DNA of 64,000 bases from Vampirovibrionaceae bacterium NZW_1234 (lineage in GTDB: Bacteria; Cyanobacteriota; Vampirovibrionia; Vampirovibrionales; JAGQHJ01). This document shows, piece after piece, positions 21,434 through 31,754 of this stretch. A program made the translations under genes and the position numbers. Numbering within the stretch: position 1 is the first letter of the stretch; each line of letters starts with the position of its first letter. The stretch is taken from positions 1-64,000 of the forward strand of contig JBGUGD010000010.1 of NCBI GenBank assembly GCA_041697335.1. Reading direction: 5' to 3'. Under the pieces are notes generated by a model. It was not told the DNA's origin and made no database searches. It saw only the letters and a program-made list of their open reading frames with translations.

Positions 21434-22548
21434 TCTGGTGCCGTCACTTTTGGATTCTGGGGGTTATGGTCTTCTGCATGCTTACAGGTCTTGGGTCTCT
21501 TGTGTCGCTGGCTCAGTCCCCGGAAGGCGGAACTGCAAAAATTGCCGATCCTCTGGATGCTCAGGCCCCGCCAGTAGCGATGCCGGTTGATGTGGTTCTT
21601 CAGCCCGACCAGGCTATTTTGCGCTACCTGATTCAGAAAGGTTATTTTAATGCTTTTCCGGATAACCGCTTTTACCCGGAATCTCGGATTTCACGGGCGG
21701 AATTTGTCACGTTGCTCTACCGGGCAGCACGGCTTAATACGCCGTTTATAAGTGAATTTCCGTATTTTCGGGATGTCTTTCCGGATCACTGGGCTTATAT
21801 TCCCATAGAGGGGTTTCGGATGCGTAATATGACTGCTGGCGATGCCAAGGGCTTTTTCAGGCCGGCAGACTATCTGACGAGACAGGAGGCCGGTGTCTTT
21901 TTAAGTAAGACGCTGCCGGCTAATTGGCTCAAGCTTTCGTCTCAGGAGATAGAGGCGACGTTTACGGCGTATAATCAGCCCGAGAACGTTATTCCTGCCT
22001 GGGCGCGTTATGATCTGGCCCGGAGTGTCTACGCAGGTTTTCTCCTGCCAGTGCATCATATGAGTGCTCAGCACGGGGATCTCAACTTTCATTTGGATCT
22101 GAATGAGCCGATGACTCGTATTGAAGCGGTACGCATGGTTTATCGTCGTGCCTTGCTGGAAGGTGAAGACACCTTGATGCCGGAGCATCAGGTCTGGCTT
22201 CCGGAAAACATGACTTTGGTGCTTACGCCAACGACGGCGATTCCGCAGTTGCAGATTGCCGTGGGGCAACCTATCTATTTTGCGCTGGTGGATCAGGTTG
22301 AAGCGCCGACCCTGAATTTGAACATGCCGCGAGGCACACGGGTGCATGGCGAGGTTTTGGAGGTGTCTGCCGATAAATCCCAAGCAAAGGTCCGATTAGA
22401 TCGAGCCTATTTACCCTCAGGTGCTTTTTATAATTTGGCAGCTGAGGTGGATTTAACCTTCAAGGCGGCAGAAAAGACTCAGGAAAGCTTTATTGTACCG
22501 GGTGAAAAGTTTCAGATTAAAACCAATGCCTGGTCTCCCTCTCCTTGA
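21430..22548 (+). CDS. S-layer homology (SLH) domain protein
   Basis: Signal peptide; FYPESRISRAEF, FRDVFPDHWAY, FRPADYLTRQE, MTRIEA SLH repeats. Confidence 0.85.
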   Translation: MIWCRHFWILGVMVFCMLTGLGSLVSLAQSPEGGTAKIADPLDAQAPPVAMPVDVVLQPDQAILRYLIQKGYFNAFPDNRFYPESRISRAEFVTLLYRAARLNTPFISEFPYFRDVFPDHWAYIPIEGFRMRNMTAGDAKGFFRPADYLTRQEAGVFLSKTLPANWLKLSSQEIEATFTAYNQPENVIPAWARYDLARSVYAGFLLPVHHMSAQHGDLNFHLDLNEPMTRIEAVRMVYRRALLEGEDTLMPEHQVWLPENMTLVLTPTTAIPQLQIAVGQPIYFALVDQVEAPTLNLNMPRGTRVHGEVLEVSADKSQAKVRLDRAYLPSGAFYNLAAEVDLTFKAAEKTQESFIVPGEKFQIKTNAWSPSP

Positions 22549-22845
22549 TGTCCGAAAAAATGATGTTGGAGTTACTGCTGCCAAGATGAAGGCTAAAAAA
22601 GCTTTCTCCTGTGGTTTTTATGCTTGTCATCTGCGCCTGTGTCTGGCGTATATGGGGATTCGGACCTGAGAAAGTTTTTAGCGCAAGCGGGGTTAAGGGT
22701 CTCTTAATTGATATTAATCACATGGTCTTCTCTGGGCTTGTACTATCATGTCAGCACAAGTCTGTCAGTCTGTGAAAGCTTGTGCCCCTAGCGGGTGGCT
22801 TTTACTTATTTTTAGAAGCATAGATGACGAGATTGGAGCACAATT

Positions 22846-23610
22846 ATGGTGAATGCCACATCAATGGCTGCGCGTGACGGTTTTACCAAAACGGATCGAA
22901 AAGACGCCTGGTGGATAGAACCCTTGTTGATCGGTTTGGGCTTTGCCGCATTTGGGATTTACGCTACATGGGCAGCTCTCCAGGGTGTCAATTATGAATG
23001 GGGCCCTTATCTTTCTCCGTTTTATTCTCCCTTATTGAATTTTGATTGGTTGCCGACCTGGATGTCACCGGCATTTCTAATTTTGCCTTTCCCGTTAATT
23101 TTTCGGGCGACCTGCTATTATTACCGCAAAGCCTATTACCGGGCCTATTTTGCTAATCCTCCGGCGTGTGCCGTTGGCGGCGATTTGCCCATGAAAGGCG
23201 ATTATAAGGGTGAAACAGCGTTTCCCTTTGTACTTCAGAATTTACACCGCTACACCTTGTACATTGCCATTCTGTTTATTGTGCTCCTGTGGTATGACGC
23301 GCTGCAGGCCTTTTTCTTCGACGGCCGTATTGGTATGGGGTTGGGCACACTGATTATGGTGATTAATGTTGTGCTTCTCTCTTTATATACCTTTTCTTGT
23401 CACTCTTGGCGGCACTTAATTGGTGGGCGCCTGGATTGCTTCTCCTGTAGTGTCATGAATCAGGCTCGCCAAAAAGCGTGGGGTCGGATAAGCCACTTGA
23501 ACGAGCACCACATGCGCTGGGCCTGGTTGAGTTTGTTCTCTGTGGGCTTTACTGACTTTTATATCCGGATGGTGGCTTCCGGTGTGTTTCAAGATGTGAG
23601 GTTCTTTTAA
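22846..23610 (+). CDS. sdhC: Succinate dehydrogenase membrane anchor, Sdh1/Rv0249c-like
   Basis: YLSPFYSP, FRATCYYYRKAYYR, QNLHRY, SCHSWRH, multiple TMs; first gene of the sdhAB operon. Confidence 0.82.
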   Translation: MVNATSMAARDGFTKTDRKDAWWIEPLLIGLGFAAFGIYATWAALQGVNYEWGPYLSPFYSPLLNFDWLPTWMSPAFLILPFPLIFRATCYYYRKAYYRAYFANPPACAVGGDLPMKGDYKGETAFPFVLQNLHRYTLYIAILFIVLLWYDALQAFFFDGRIGMGLGTLIMVINVVLLSLYTFSCHSWRHLIGGRLDCFSCSVMNQARQKAWGRISHLNEHHMRWAWLSLFSVGFTDFYIRMVASGVFQDVRFF

Positions 23611-23612
23611 TC

Positions 23613-25352
23613 ATGACGACCTTGGATAAACAATATGAAACTCGTGAACATGACGTCATTGTTGTTGGGGCTGGCGGTGCTGGCCTGAGAGCCGCCATCG
23701 AAGCTGCGCATCAGGGCCTGAAAGTGGCCTTGGTGACCAAGTCCTTATTGGGCAAAGCTCATACCGTTATGGCCGAAGGTGGTGTGGCTGCGGCGATGGG
23801 CAACGTGGACCCTGCGGATAATTGGCAGGTTCACTTTAAAGACACCATTAAAGGTGGCAAGTTTATGAACAACTGGCGCATGGCCCAACTGCATGCCCAG
23901 GAAGCGCCCGAGCGAATCCGGGAATTGGAGCGTTGGGGAGCAGTCTTTGATCGCACGCCGGATGGTAAAATCCTGCAACGTCCCTTTGGTGGTCACACGT
24001 ATCGGCGTCTTTGCCACGTGGGTGATAGAACTGGGCTGGAAATCATCCGTACCCTTCAGGATAAGGCCGTACATACGCCCGGCATTGATGTGTTTATGGA
24101 ATGCACCATTACCAAACTCCTGAAAACCGATGGGCGGATTGCCGGAGCTTTTGGTTACTGGCGTGATTCGGGCAAATTTATCTTGTTCAAGGCCAAGGCC
24201 GTGATTTTGGCTACCGGTGGCATTGGCAAGGCCTTCCAGGTCACGTCCAACTCTTGGGAGTACACTAGCGACGGCCAGATCTTGGCCTATGATGCCGGGG
24301 CCTCCCTCATTGATATGGAATTTGTCCAGTTCCATCCCACCGGTATGGTGTGGCCGCCAGGCGTGGCAGGCTTGCTGGTGACCGAAGCCGTTCGTGGAGA
24401 AGGCGGCATTCTTACCAACTCCAAGGGCGAGCGGTTTATGGAAAAGTACGACCCGGCCCGGATGGAACTGTCAACTCGGGATATTGTGGCCAAATCCATT
24501 TATGCCGAAGTGAAAGAGGGTCGTGGCAGCCCCCATGGCGGTGTCTTCCTCGACGTCTCCCATCGTGGGGCCGAGTACGTGAAGAAGCGTTTGCCCAGTA
24601 TGTATCACCAATTTAAAGAATTGGCGGATGTCGACATTACCGCAGGACCGATGGAAGTGGGTCCCACCACGCACTATGTGATGGGTGGGGTACAGGTGGA
24701 TGCCGAGTCTGCCCAGTCTGATGTGCCGGGCTTGTTTGCTGCCGGTGAAGTGGCCGGTGGGATGCATGGGGCCAATCGCCTGGGCGGCAATTCGCTTTCG
24801 GATCTGCTGGTCTTTGGCCGACGTGCTGGTTTAGGCGCCGTGGAGTATATCAAGTCGCTGGGCGGGCCAGTGAATCTCGATCAGGCGGCTGTTGACCAGG
24901 CCATTGATGAGATGCTGGAGCCTTTGACCCGAACCGACGGTGAAAACCCCTATGCGGTTCATCGGGAATTGCAGCAGCTGATGCAAAGCCATGTGGGTAT
25001 CGTTCGGACCGAAGCGGATCTGCAAAAGGCCATTGAGATTTTGCAAGGCTTGAAGCAGCGGGCCATGAATGTTAAAGCGTCGGGTTCCCGTCAATACAAT
25101 CCCGGATGGCACTTGGCGAAGGACATTAAAACCATGGTTATTATGTCTGAAGCGGTTGCCAAATGTGCCCTGCAACGTAAGGAAAGTCGTGGTGGTCATA
25201 CCCGCCTTGATTTTCCGGAATACGATCCTTACTGGGCTTCGGTTAATTCAACCATTCATAAGGGTGAAGATGGCTCCATGGTGGTTGGTACCCAACCTCT
25301 GCCTCAAATGCCGCCTGAATTGAAGCAATTATTCGAGGAGGAGAAGCACTAA
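23613..25352 (+). CDS. sdhA: Succinate dehydrogenase/fumarate reductase flavoprotein
   Basis: GAGGAGL, AHTVMAEGG, QFHPT, TEAVRGEGG, HGANRLGGNSL, ESRGGH. Confidence 0.95.
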   Translation: MTTLDKQYETREHDVIVVGAGGAGLRAAIEAAHQGLKVALVTKSLLGKAHTVMAEGGVAAAMGNVDPADNWQVHFKDTIKGGKFMNNWRMAQLHAQEAPERIRELERWGAVFDRTPDGKILQRPFGGHTYRRLCHVGDRTGLEIIRTLQDKAVHTPGIDVFMECTITKLLKTDGRIAGAFGYWRDSGKFILFKAKAVILATGGIGKAFQVTSNSWEYTSDGQILAYDAGASLIDMEFVQFHPTGMVWPPGVAGLLVTEAVRGEGGILTNSKGERFMEKYDPARMELSTRDIVAKSIYAEVKEGRGSPHGGVFLDVSHRGAEYVKKRLPSMYHQFKELADVDITAGPMEVGPTTHYVMGGVQVDAESAQSDVPGLFAAGEVAGGMHGANRLGGNSLSDLLVFGRRAGLGAVEYIKSLGGPVNLDQAAVDQAIDEMLEPLTRTDGENPYAVHRELQQLMQSHVGIVRTEADLQKAIEILQGLKQRAMNVKASGSRQYNPGWHLAKDIKTMVIMSEAVAKCALQRKESRGGHTRLDFPEYDPYWASVNSTIHKGEDGSMVVGTQPLPQMPPELKQLFEEEKH

Positions 25353-26110
25353 TGACGGATGCACGTTTGAAAGTCTATCGTGGTGACTCCGAAGGGGGCG
25401 GCATGGTGGAATACACTGTTCCGGTTGAAGCCGGCATGGTGGTTCTCGATGCGGTTCATTATATTCAGGGCCATCAAGAGCCGGATTTGGCGGTTCGTTG
25501 GAACTGTAAGGCTGCCAAGTGCGGCTCATGCAGCGCCGAGGTCAATGGTAAACCCAGTTTGATGTGTAAGACCCGTCTCGATGACCTCCCGTTGGATCAA
25601 CCCATTGAAGTGCGTCCTATCAAGACTTTTCCGGTGATCAAAGATCTGGTGACCGATGTGTCCTGGAACTACGAGGTCAATAAACGGATTGCACCCTTTA
25701 AGCCGGCCACCGAGGACACGGATTCCTGGAAAGTCTACCAGGAGGATGTGGATCGGGTTCAGGAGTTTCGCAAGTGTATTGAGTGCTTCTTGTGTCAGAA
25801 CGTCTGCCATGTGCTTCGTAATCACGAGAAGACCGATCTGTCCAATCCCAAGCAGTTCTTTGCTGGCCCACGTTTCATGATTCGTCTGGCCAGCTTGGAA
25901 ATGCACCCGATGGATGTGGAAGATCGCGTGCCATTTACCAAAAACGAAGCCGGTATCGGGTACTGCAACATTACCAAGTGTTGTACCGAGGTTTGCCCGG
26001 AAGAAATTCATATCACCGACAACGGCATTATCCCCATGAAGGAACGTGTCGTGGATCGGTATTACGATCCGGTGATGATGGTTTGGCGGACCCTGACCGG
26101 TCAAAAATAG
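25352..26110 (+). CDS. sdhB: Succinate dehydrogenase Fe-S subunit
   Basis: CKAAKCGSC...C [2Fe-2S], CIECFLCQNVC, CNITKCCTEVCP. Confidence 0.95.
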   Translation: MTDARLKVYRGDSEGGGMVEYTVPVEAGMVVLDAVHYIQGHQEPDLAVRWNCKAAKCGSCSAEVNGKPSLMCKTRLDDLPLDQPIEVRPIKTFPVIKDLVTDVSWNYEVNKRIAPFKPATEDTDSWKVYQEDVDRVQEFRKCIECFLCQNVCHVLRNHEKTDLSNPKQFFAGPRFMIRLASLEMHPMDVEDRVPFTKNEAGIGYCNITKCCTEVCPEEIHITDNGIIPMKERVVDRYYDPVMMVWRTLTGQK

Positions 26111-26124
26111 GCCGTATTGGTTTT

Positions 26125-26166
26125 AAGCGCACGCCTGCCCACGATTGCTGGGGGCGTGCGTTTCTT
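26125..26166 (+). terminator. Terminator of the sdh operon
   Basis: GCGCACGCC/GGCGTGCGT stem followed by TTCTT. Confidence 0.65.
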
Positions 26167-26251
26167 GTGGGGAGAAAACAGCCTCAAGAAATTGCTTGTC
26201 TGTAGCACATCGGCCATAATAAACCTACGCTGGCAATTTACCAAGACCCCT

Positions 26252-28186
26252 ATGAGCTTTTCCATCGAAGCGAAATACACCGAAATTGCGCAACAGTTAC
26301 CCGGGTTTGAGCCTCGACCGGTTCAGGCGGCCATGGTCAAGGCCATCTATGAGGCGTTGCAATCCGGTGAAACCATAGCTATTGAAGCTGGAACCGGATC
26401 CGGGAAGTCATTTGGCTATCTTATTCCCTCATTGATGTCATCTCATCGTCCGGTAGTGGTCTCTACCGGAACCATTGCCTTGCAAGAGCAGTTGATGGAC
26501 AAAGACATTCCCTTTGTGGCCAAGGCTGCCGGGATGGATGACTTGAAGATCAAGCTGGTGAAAGGCCGCCGCAATTACATCTGTATTCAAAAGCTGGGTG
26601 AGTTTGAAAAATCCTTGTCCCGAGAAGCGCCTGAACGTTTGTATGTCACCTGCCTCAAGACTGCATTGAATGACGGCTGGGATGGGGACAAGGCGACGCT
26701 GGATTTGGAAGTCCCTGAAGACGTTTGGGAAGAGGTTCAGAGTGACAGTGAGGACTGTTTGGGAAAGAAATGTGTGTATTTTCAGCACAACCCCTACTTT
26801 ACCTCGCGAAAGGATATTGCCGAGGCAGACGTACTGGTGGTGAATCACGCCTTGTACCTTCAAGACCTGGTTACAGGTCAGCTGCCACCTCATGAGATGA
26901 TTGTCTTTGATGAAGCCCATCACCTGAAGGCGTATGCGCTAAAGGCGTTTACGGCACGGATTGGCAAGTTTGCTACCCATAAACTGCTTCGTAAAATTCA
27001 CCGGCGTTTGCAGGCTGTGCCGGATGCCTTTCAGCATGCCATCTATCAGACCGAAGCCGAGATCTTGCAATGGTTGTTTCAGCAGAGCGATACCCGTCAG
27101 ACCTTCAAGATCTTTCCCGATGCCCGGTATCTGTCCTTGATTCAGCAGCAAATTACCGTCCTGTCAGAGCTAAGTGCCTGGCTGTCCAGTTTTGATGTGC
27201 AGCAGATTCCGTTGTTGAACGAGCTTGAGGTTGATGTGGTCAAGGTGCAACGGACCAAGCTCCTGGATCAGCTGAGTGGTCTGATCCTGCGGTGGGAGTT
27301 TTTCCTGTCCGGCTCCAGTATGGATCGGGTCAACTGGGCCGAAGTCAAGCATGACCGTCTGTACTATGAGTTAAAGTCGACACCTTTAAACATTGCCGAG
27401 CAGTTTCGTCTGAGCCTTTGGGCCGAAAAGACGGGGGTTCTCACTAGTGCGACGCTTGCCACGGACAAGAATCTTCAGGCCATTCGCCGGGAGCTTGGTA
27501 TTCCTGTGTCGGCCAATAACCCGGATCTGGTCTTGGACAGTCCGTTTGATTACGCAACGCAATGCGAGCTTTATCTGCCCTTGAGCTTGCCCGAGCCGAA
27601 TGATCCGTTTTTTGCCGCAGCGGCTACCGACGAGATTGTGCGGGTCCTGAATTTTACCGAAGGGCGGGCCTTTGTGTTGTTTACCAGCTACTCGGCGATG
27701 CAAAAGGTTGGGGCTGCCGTGATTCCCCAAATCCGTTTTCCCAGCAAGATGCAAGGGGATTTGCCCAAGCATCGCCTCATCGAATGGTTCAAATCTACCC
27801 CGAACAGTGTCCTGTTTGCGACAGCCACCTTTTGGGAAGGGATTGATATTCCGGGCGAAGCCTTAAGCTGTGTCATTATCGATAAATTGCCCTTTCCCAT
27901 GCCGGATGAACCCGTCCATAGTGCCATGGTCGATCGGCTGAAACGCTTGGGCGAGGATTGGTTTAACGGGTATGTGTTGCCTGAAACCATTATTCGTCTC
28001 AAACAGGGGGTGGGTCGTTTAATTCGCTCCAAAAAAGATACAGGCATTGTGGCGATACTGGATCCTCGGGTCAGGACCAAAGGCTATGGTAAAAAGGTTT
28101 TACGGAGTCTGCCGCCTGCTCGCAGTATTCATCATTTGTCGGAATCCTCATTTCATCGTCGCTCACGTGCTTCTCACGTGCATTAA
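26252..28186 (+). CDS. dinG: DinG/YoaA-family ATP-dependent DNA helicase
   Basis: EAGTGSGKS, Fe-S Cys residues, DEAH, FWEGID, KQGVGRLIR; start placed at MSFSIE after the sdh terminator. Confidence 0.9.
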   Translation: MSFSIEAKYTEIAQQLPGFEPRPVQAAMVKAIYEALQSGETIAIEAGTGSGKSFGYLIPSLMSSHRPVVVSTGTIALQEQLMDKDIPFVAKAAGMDDLKIKLVKGRRNYICIQKLGEFEKSLSREAPERLYVTCLKTALNDGWDGDKATLDLEVPEDVWEEVQSDSEDCLGKKCVYFQHNPYFTSRKDIAEADVLVVNHALYLQDLVTGQLPPHEMIVFDEAHHLKAYALKAFTARIGKFATHKLLRKIHRRLQAVPDAFQHAIYQTEAEILQWLFQQSDTRQTFKIFPDARYLSLIQQQITVLSELSAWLSSFDVQQIPLLNELEVDVVKVQRTKLLDQLSGLILRWEFFLSGSSMDRVNWAEVKHDRLYYELKSTPLNIAEQFRLSLWAEKTGVLTSATLATDKNLQAIRRELGIPVSANNPDLVLDSPFDYATQCELYLPLSLPEPNDPFFAAAATDEIVRVLNFTEGRAFVLFTSYSAMQKVGAAVIPQIRFPSKMQGDLPKHRLIEWFKSTPNSVLFATATFWEGIDIPGEALSCVIIDKLPFPMPDEPVHSAMVDRLKRLGEDWFNGYVLPETIIRLKQGVGRLIRSKKDTGIVAILDPRVRTKGYGKKVLRSLPPARSIHHLSESSFHRRSRASHVH

Positions 28187-28822
28187 TCCAGAGAAAATTA
28201 AAGGAAAGCGCGATGCGGCTTCGGGTTGTTTTCCGGCTTTCGGGTCTCAGGTGCGAATTTCTGGGAAGTCATGATGCTGTTTGTCGGTTAATACGGGTGA
28301 TTCGTGGGTCCTTGCACGGCGGCTTTGCTGCAGAGCCGTCTTCGGAAAAATAGCGTCGAGGTTTAATGGCTGTGCCCCTATTCCCATTTTGGGCCATTCT
28401 TAAACGGGGGAGGCGTCAAACTGTAACATTTGCTTCACAAAGGCTTGAACTTATATCTTATATATATAATGATAAGAGTATCAGTGGTGTGGATTTGTAT
28501 AACCCTTTTCGAAAGAAGACCTGATTCCTAGACGTATCTGCGGGTCACTTGTCATGCGCGTTCGCCAGAATCGACCATGTCGAGAGAGAAGACAAGCCTG
28601 GGCCTGACGGAACGGTCTGATACCTGTTTTTCCATCAATTTTACTCTCATCCCGTTGTTGAGACGGATGTTGTCTTGCCTGGCAAAATTACCGGCAAAGC
28701 GGCATCTGGATCAAACACATCCGGGCAAGCTCAGACGCGAGAAAGACCTTATGGGCCTTTTGACAGGCTTTGGGCTGCCTTTAACTGTGCCGTGTTAGCC
28801 GCAACCAGGGAGATAAGAGCCT

Positions 28823-29749
28823 ATGATGAATTCGTTTTTTGAACTGGAAACCCAAGAATTTGATCGTTTTGATGGGCCTTTGATTCGTGATGAACGTGAG
28901 GCCTCAGAAGCTTCAGCTGACTGGACCGACACCTATTTAAAGCGGCTTTGCCAAACCTCGGCCTTGCTGACAAAGGAACAGGAGATTGAACTGGCCAAGC
29001 GCATTGAGGCGGGTGATATCCGGGCCAAGCATCAATTGATCACGGCCAATCTTCGCCTGGTGGTCAGCATTGCCAAGAAGTATACAGGGCGTCCGGGATT
29101 GTCATTTCTGGATTTGATTCAGGAAGGCAATGTGGGTTTAATCAAGGCCGTGGAAAAGTACAATTGGCGTCTGGGGTTCCGCTTCTCGACCTACGCCACC
29201 TGGTGGATCCGCCAAAGTGTCTTGCAGGCGTTTGGGGAGCATGATCGTTCTATTCGTTTGCCAGGACATATCATTGACGCCATTAGCAAGTTACGTCGAG
29301 TGTTGGATGAGGAAAAGGAAGTGCATGGCCGCATTCCGACAGAGGCTGAGCTGGCAGCACGGCTCCAGATGTCGCCGAAAAAGGTCAGTCATCTGCTTCG
29401 TATTTCCCAGAAGCCTCTGAGTCTTGAGGCAGAAGTTCCTGGGGCCGATGAGGCGGTTCAAACCTTGTCCGATGTCATTCCTTCCGATGAGCCTGCGGTG
29501 GATGAGGCTTTTTGCAAGCGGGATCATCAGCGGGTCTTGCGCGAGGCCATGCGCACGCTCAACCCCAAAGAGCGCGAAATCCTCCAAAAACGCTACGGCA
29601 TGATCCACCATCCGGAGTCCAACAAAAAGTGGACCCTGGAACAGCTAGGGGCCCAATACGGTGTTACCAGAGAGTGTATTCGTCAAACCGAAAAACGGGC
29701 CATTGCGAAATTGCGGACCGCGTTTCTCCTCCAACAGATGGTTGAATGA
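28823..29749 (+). CDS. RpoD-like (group 2-type) sigma-70 factor lacking region 1.1
   Basis: [34 protein letters not shown], region 4 [18 protein letters not shown]. Confidence 0.92.
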   Translation: MMNSFFELETQEFDRFDGPLIRDEREASEASADWTDTYLKRLCQTSALLTKEQEIELAKRIEAGDIRAKHQLITANLRLVVSIAKKYTGRPGLSFLDLIQEGNVGLIKAVEKYNWRLGFRFSTYATWWIRQSVLQAFGEHDRSIRLPGHIIDAISKLRRVLDEEKEVHGRIPTEAELAARLQMSPKKVSHLLRISQKPLSLEAEVPGADEAVQTLSDVIPSDEPAVDEAFCKRDHQRVLREAMRTLNPKEREILQKRYGMIHHPESNKKWTLEQLGAQYGVTRECIRQTEKRAIAKLRTAFLLQQMVE

Positions 29750-29837
29750 GGGTATAAGACTTGCTATTATCTATGGAATGGACTATGTTATTATGGTCCA
29801 TTCTAATCTTTGTCTGTCTGGAGGTTACCTCATCTTT

Positions 29838-31007
29838 ATGTCCCCCAAGGGTAAAAAGATGCACGATACGGAAGATAATGCATCAAATCCGTTTAAAGAG
29901 GAATTTGAAAAGCTCCTTAACAAATACGACTACAATTTCAACAAAGGCGATATTGTTAAGGGTACCATCATCAGTGTCGAAGGCTCTGGTGCAATGGTTG
30001 ACATTGGCGCCAAGACCGCGGCGTTTTTGCCGTCCAAAGAGATTTCCAATGTGGGGAGCTCTTCGGAAGCCATTAAACCAGGCGACGAGATGGACTTCTA
30101 TATCCTGCGTGAAGAAAACGAAGAAGGTCAGCTGACCTTATCCCGCCGCCGTGTCTTTACGGCCCAAAGCTGGAACGATCTCCAAGCCTTGGTTGACAGC
30201 GACGCCGTCATCGAGTGTAACGTCACTTCGGTGGTTAAAGGTGGCCTGTTGATCGATGTTATGGGTCTCCGAGGCTTTGTGCCTTCAAGTCATCTGCGGG
30301 TGAAGTCCTCGCTGGAAGAATTGGTGGGTCAGACCTTGCCCTTCAAAATTCTGAGCCTGGATCAGCAACGTAACAATATTATTCTGTCTCACCGCAAGGT
30401 GATGGCAGAGCAAATGGCCGAGCAACGCAAAGAACTCTTTGCCGACCTGCAGGTTGCCGATGTCGTGGAAGGTGAAGTCGTTCGCCTCACCGATTTTGGT
30501 GCCTTTATTGACCTGGGCGGTGTAGATGGTCTGTTGCCCCTGTCACAAATGTCCTGGCGCTGGGTGGAGCATCCCTCCGATATCCTCAGCATCGGCGAAA
30601 AAGTGAAAGTGGAAGTCATCGGCATCGATTATGAAAAGCAACGGGTCAGCCTGAGCATCAAGAGCCAGTTCCCCGATCCGTGGCTGGAAGTGGTCAAGAT
30701 TCTGTCCTTGAACGAAAAGGTGGAAGGCACCGTCACCCGGATCAAGCACTTTGGCGCCTTTGTCGAAGTCTATCCCGGTGTGGAAGCCCTCTTGCCCAGC
30801 CGTGACATTACGGAATACCAAAACCACTCTGGCAAGCAGATTAACGTGAGCGACAAAATTGAGACCTACATTGTGAAGTTCAACCCTGAAGAACGTCGCA
30901 TCAGCCTCAGTTTTGAACCGCTGTCGGAAGAAGAAGCAAAAATGGCCCTGGCTCACTCCTCAGGTGGCGATATTCGCCGCAGTGAAGAGCAGCCGGCGTC
31001 TTCCTAG
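29838..31007 (+). CDS. rpsA: 30S ribosomal protein S1 (4 S1 domains)
   Basis: GGAGG RBS; DIGAKTAAFLP, GLRGFVPSSHL, DFGAFIDLGG, HFGAFVE. Confidence 0.93.
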   Translation: MSPKGKKMHDTEDNASNPFKEEFEKLLNKYDYNFNKGDIVKGTIISVEGSGAMVDIGAKTAAFLPSKEISNVGSSSEAIKPGDEMDFYILREENEEGQLTLSRRRVFTAQSWNDLQALVDSDAVIECNVTSVVKGGLLIDVMGLRGFVPSSHLRVKSSLEELVGQTLPFKILSLDQQRNNIILSHRKVMAEQMAEQRKELFADLQVADVVEGEVVRLTDFGAFIDLGGVDGLLPLSQMSWRWVEHPSDILSIGEKVKVEVIGIDYEKQRVSLSIKSQFPDPWLEVVKILSLNEKVEGTVTRIKHFGAFVEVYPGVEALLPSRDITEYQNHSGKQINVSDKIETYIVKFNPEERRISLSFEPLSEEEAKMALAHSSGGDIRRSEEQPASS

Positions 31008-31039
31008 CCTTTCGCCGACGCAATAACGTAATATCCCAT

Positions 31040-31073
31040 GACAACACAGCCTGAACGACGGGCTGTGTTGTTA
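31040..31073. terminator. Hairpin between convergent rpsA and mpg
   Basis: AACACAGCC/GGCTGTGTT inverted repeat. Confidence 0.65.
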
Positions 31074-31100
31074 TTTGTGGGGCGCTTTCTTGGCCTTGAC

Positions 31101-31664
31101 TTACACCCACGGGTTTTGATCGACATAAAAGCGCCACGGATACTCCTGGGCCTGGGAGATGCCAATACGGGTGGTGGTGATGATTTGGGCGTCCGGGTAG
31201 GTGATGCCGTCGGCCAGGTAGAGTGGCTGGCTTGGATCCGTCAACAAACGTTCATTATGGCGGTCTTTGGTAATATTCAGGGCTTTGCACAGGCGTCCAG
31301 GCCCATGCGTCTTCAACTCTCGGGGAGTCGGGTTATAAACGGGTTCCAGGGCCCGGAACAAGACGGCCCCGGCTGTGCCTGTCGGTTCGGTCACCACATT
31401 CAGGCAATAGTACATGCCGTAGATGAAATACACGTAGGCCAGCCCTGGTTCCTTGTACAGCGTTGCCGCTCGGCCCGTGGTGCTTTTGTGGGCATGGCAT
31501 GCCGGATCGTTCTGAGTATACGCTTCTGTCTCTACAATCCGGCAGACAATATGATCGTGGGCATCGGCATCCCACACCATCAGGTGTTTGCCCAACAGCC
31601 TTTTGGCCACCCACAGGGTGTTCTGGGCAAAAAACTCCGGGGACAATGGAAGCAACTGTGTCAT
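31101..31664 (-). CDS. mpg: DNA-3-methyladenine glycosylase (MPG/AAG family)
   Basis: IVETEAY, YVYFIYGMYYCLNVV, AVLFRALEP, GPGRLCKAL, RIGIS. Confidence 0.95.
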   Translation of the reverse strand: MTQLLPLSPEFFAQNTLWVAKRLLGKHLMVWDADAHDHIVCRIVETEAYTQNDPACHAHKSTTGRAATLYKEPGLAYVYFIYGMYYCLNVVTEPTGTAGAVLFRALEPVYNPTPRELKTHGPGRLCKALNITKDRHNERLLTDPSQPLYLADGITYPDAQIITTTRIGISQAQEYPWRFYVDQNPWV

Positions 31665-31754
31665 GAGAAATCCGCCAAGTAGTCCTCCAACAAGAGGTTA
31701 TCTTATTTTGGAAGAGGTATGCTATGATGTCCATAGGAGCAAGCTGAATCTGAA

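Noticed and set aside
26117..26251. N-terminal extension of DinG in the ORF track (similar extensions on rpsA, proS, atpD, leuC)
   Set aside because: It overlaps the sdh terminator or lacks an RBS; better starts lie downstream
31038..31682. 214-aa plus-strand ORF
   Set aside because: Antisense to the well-supported mpg gene
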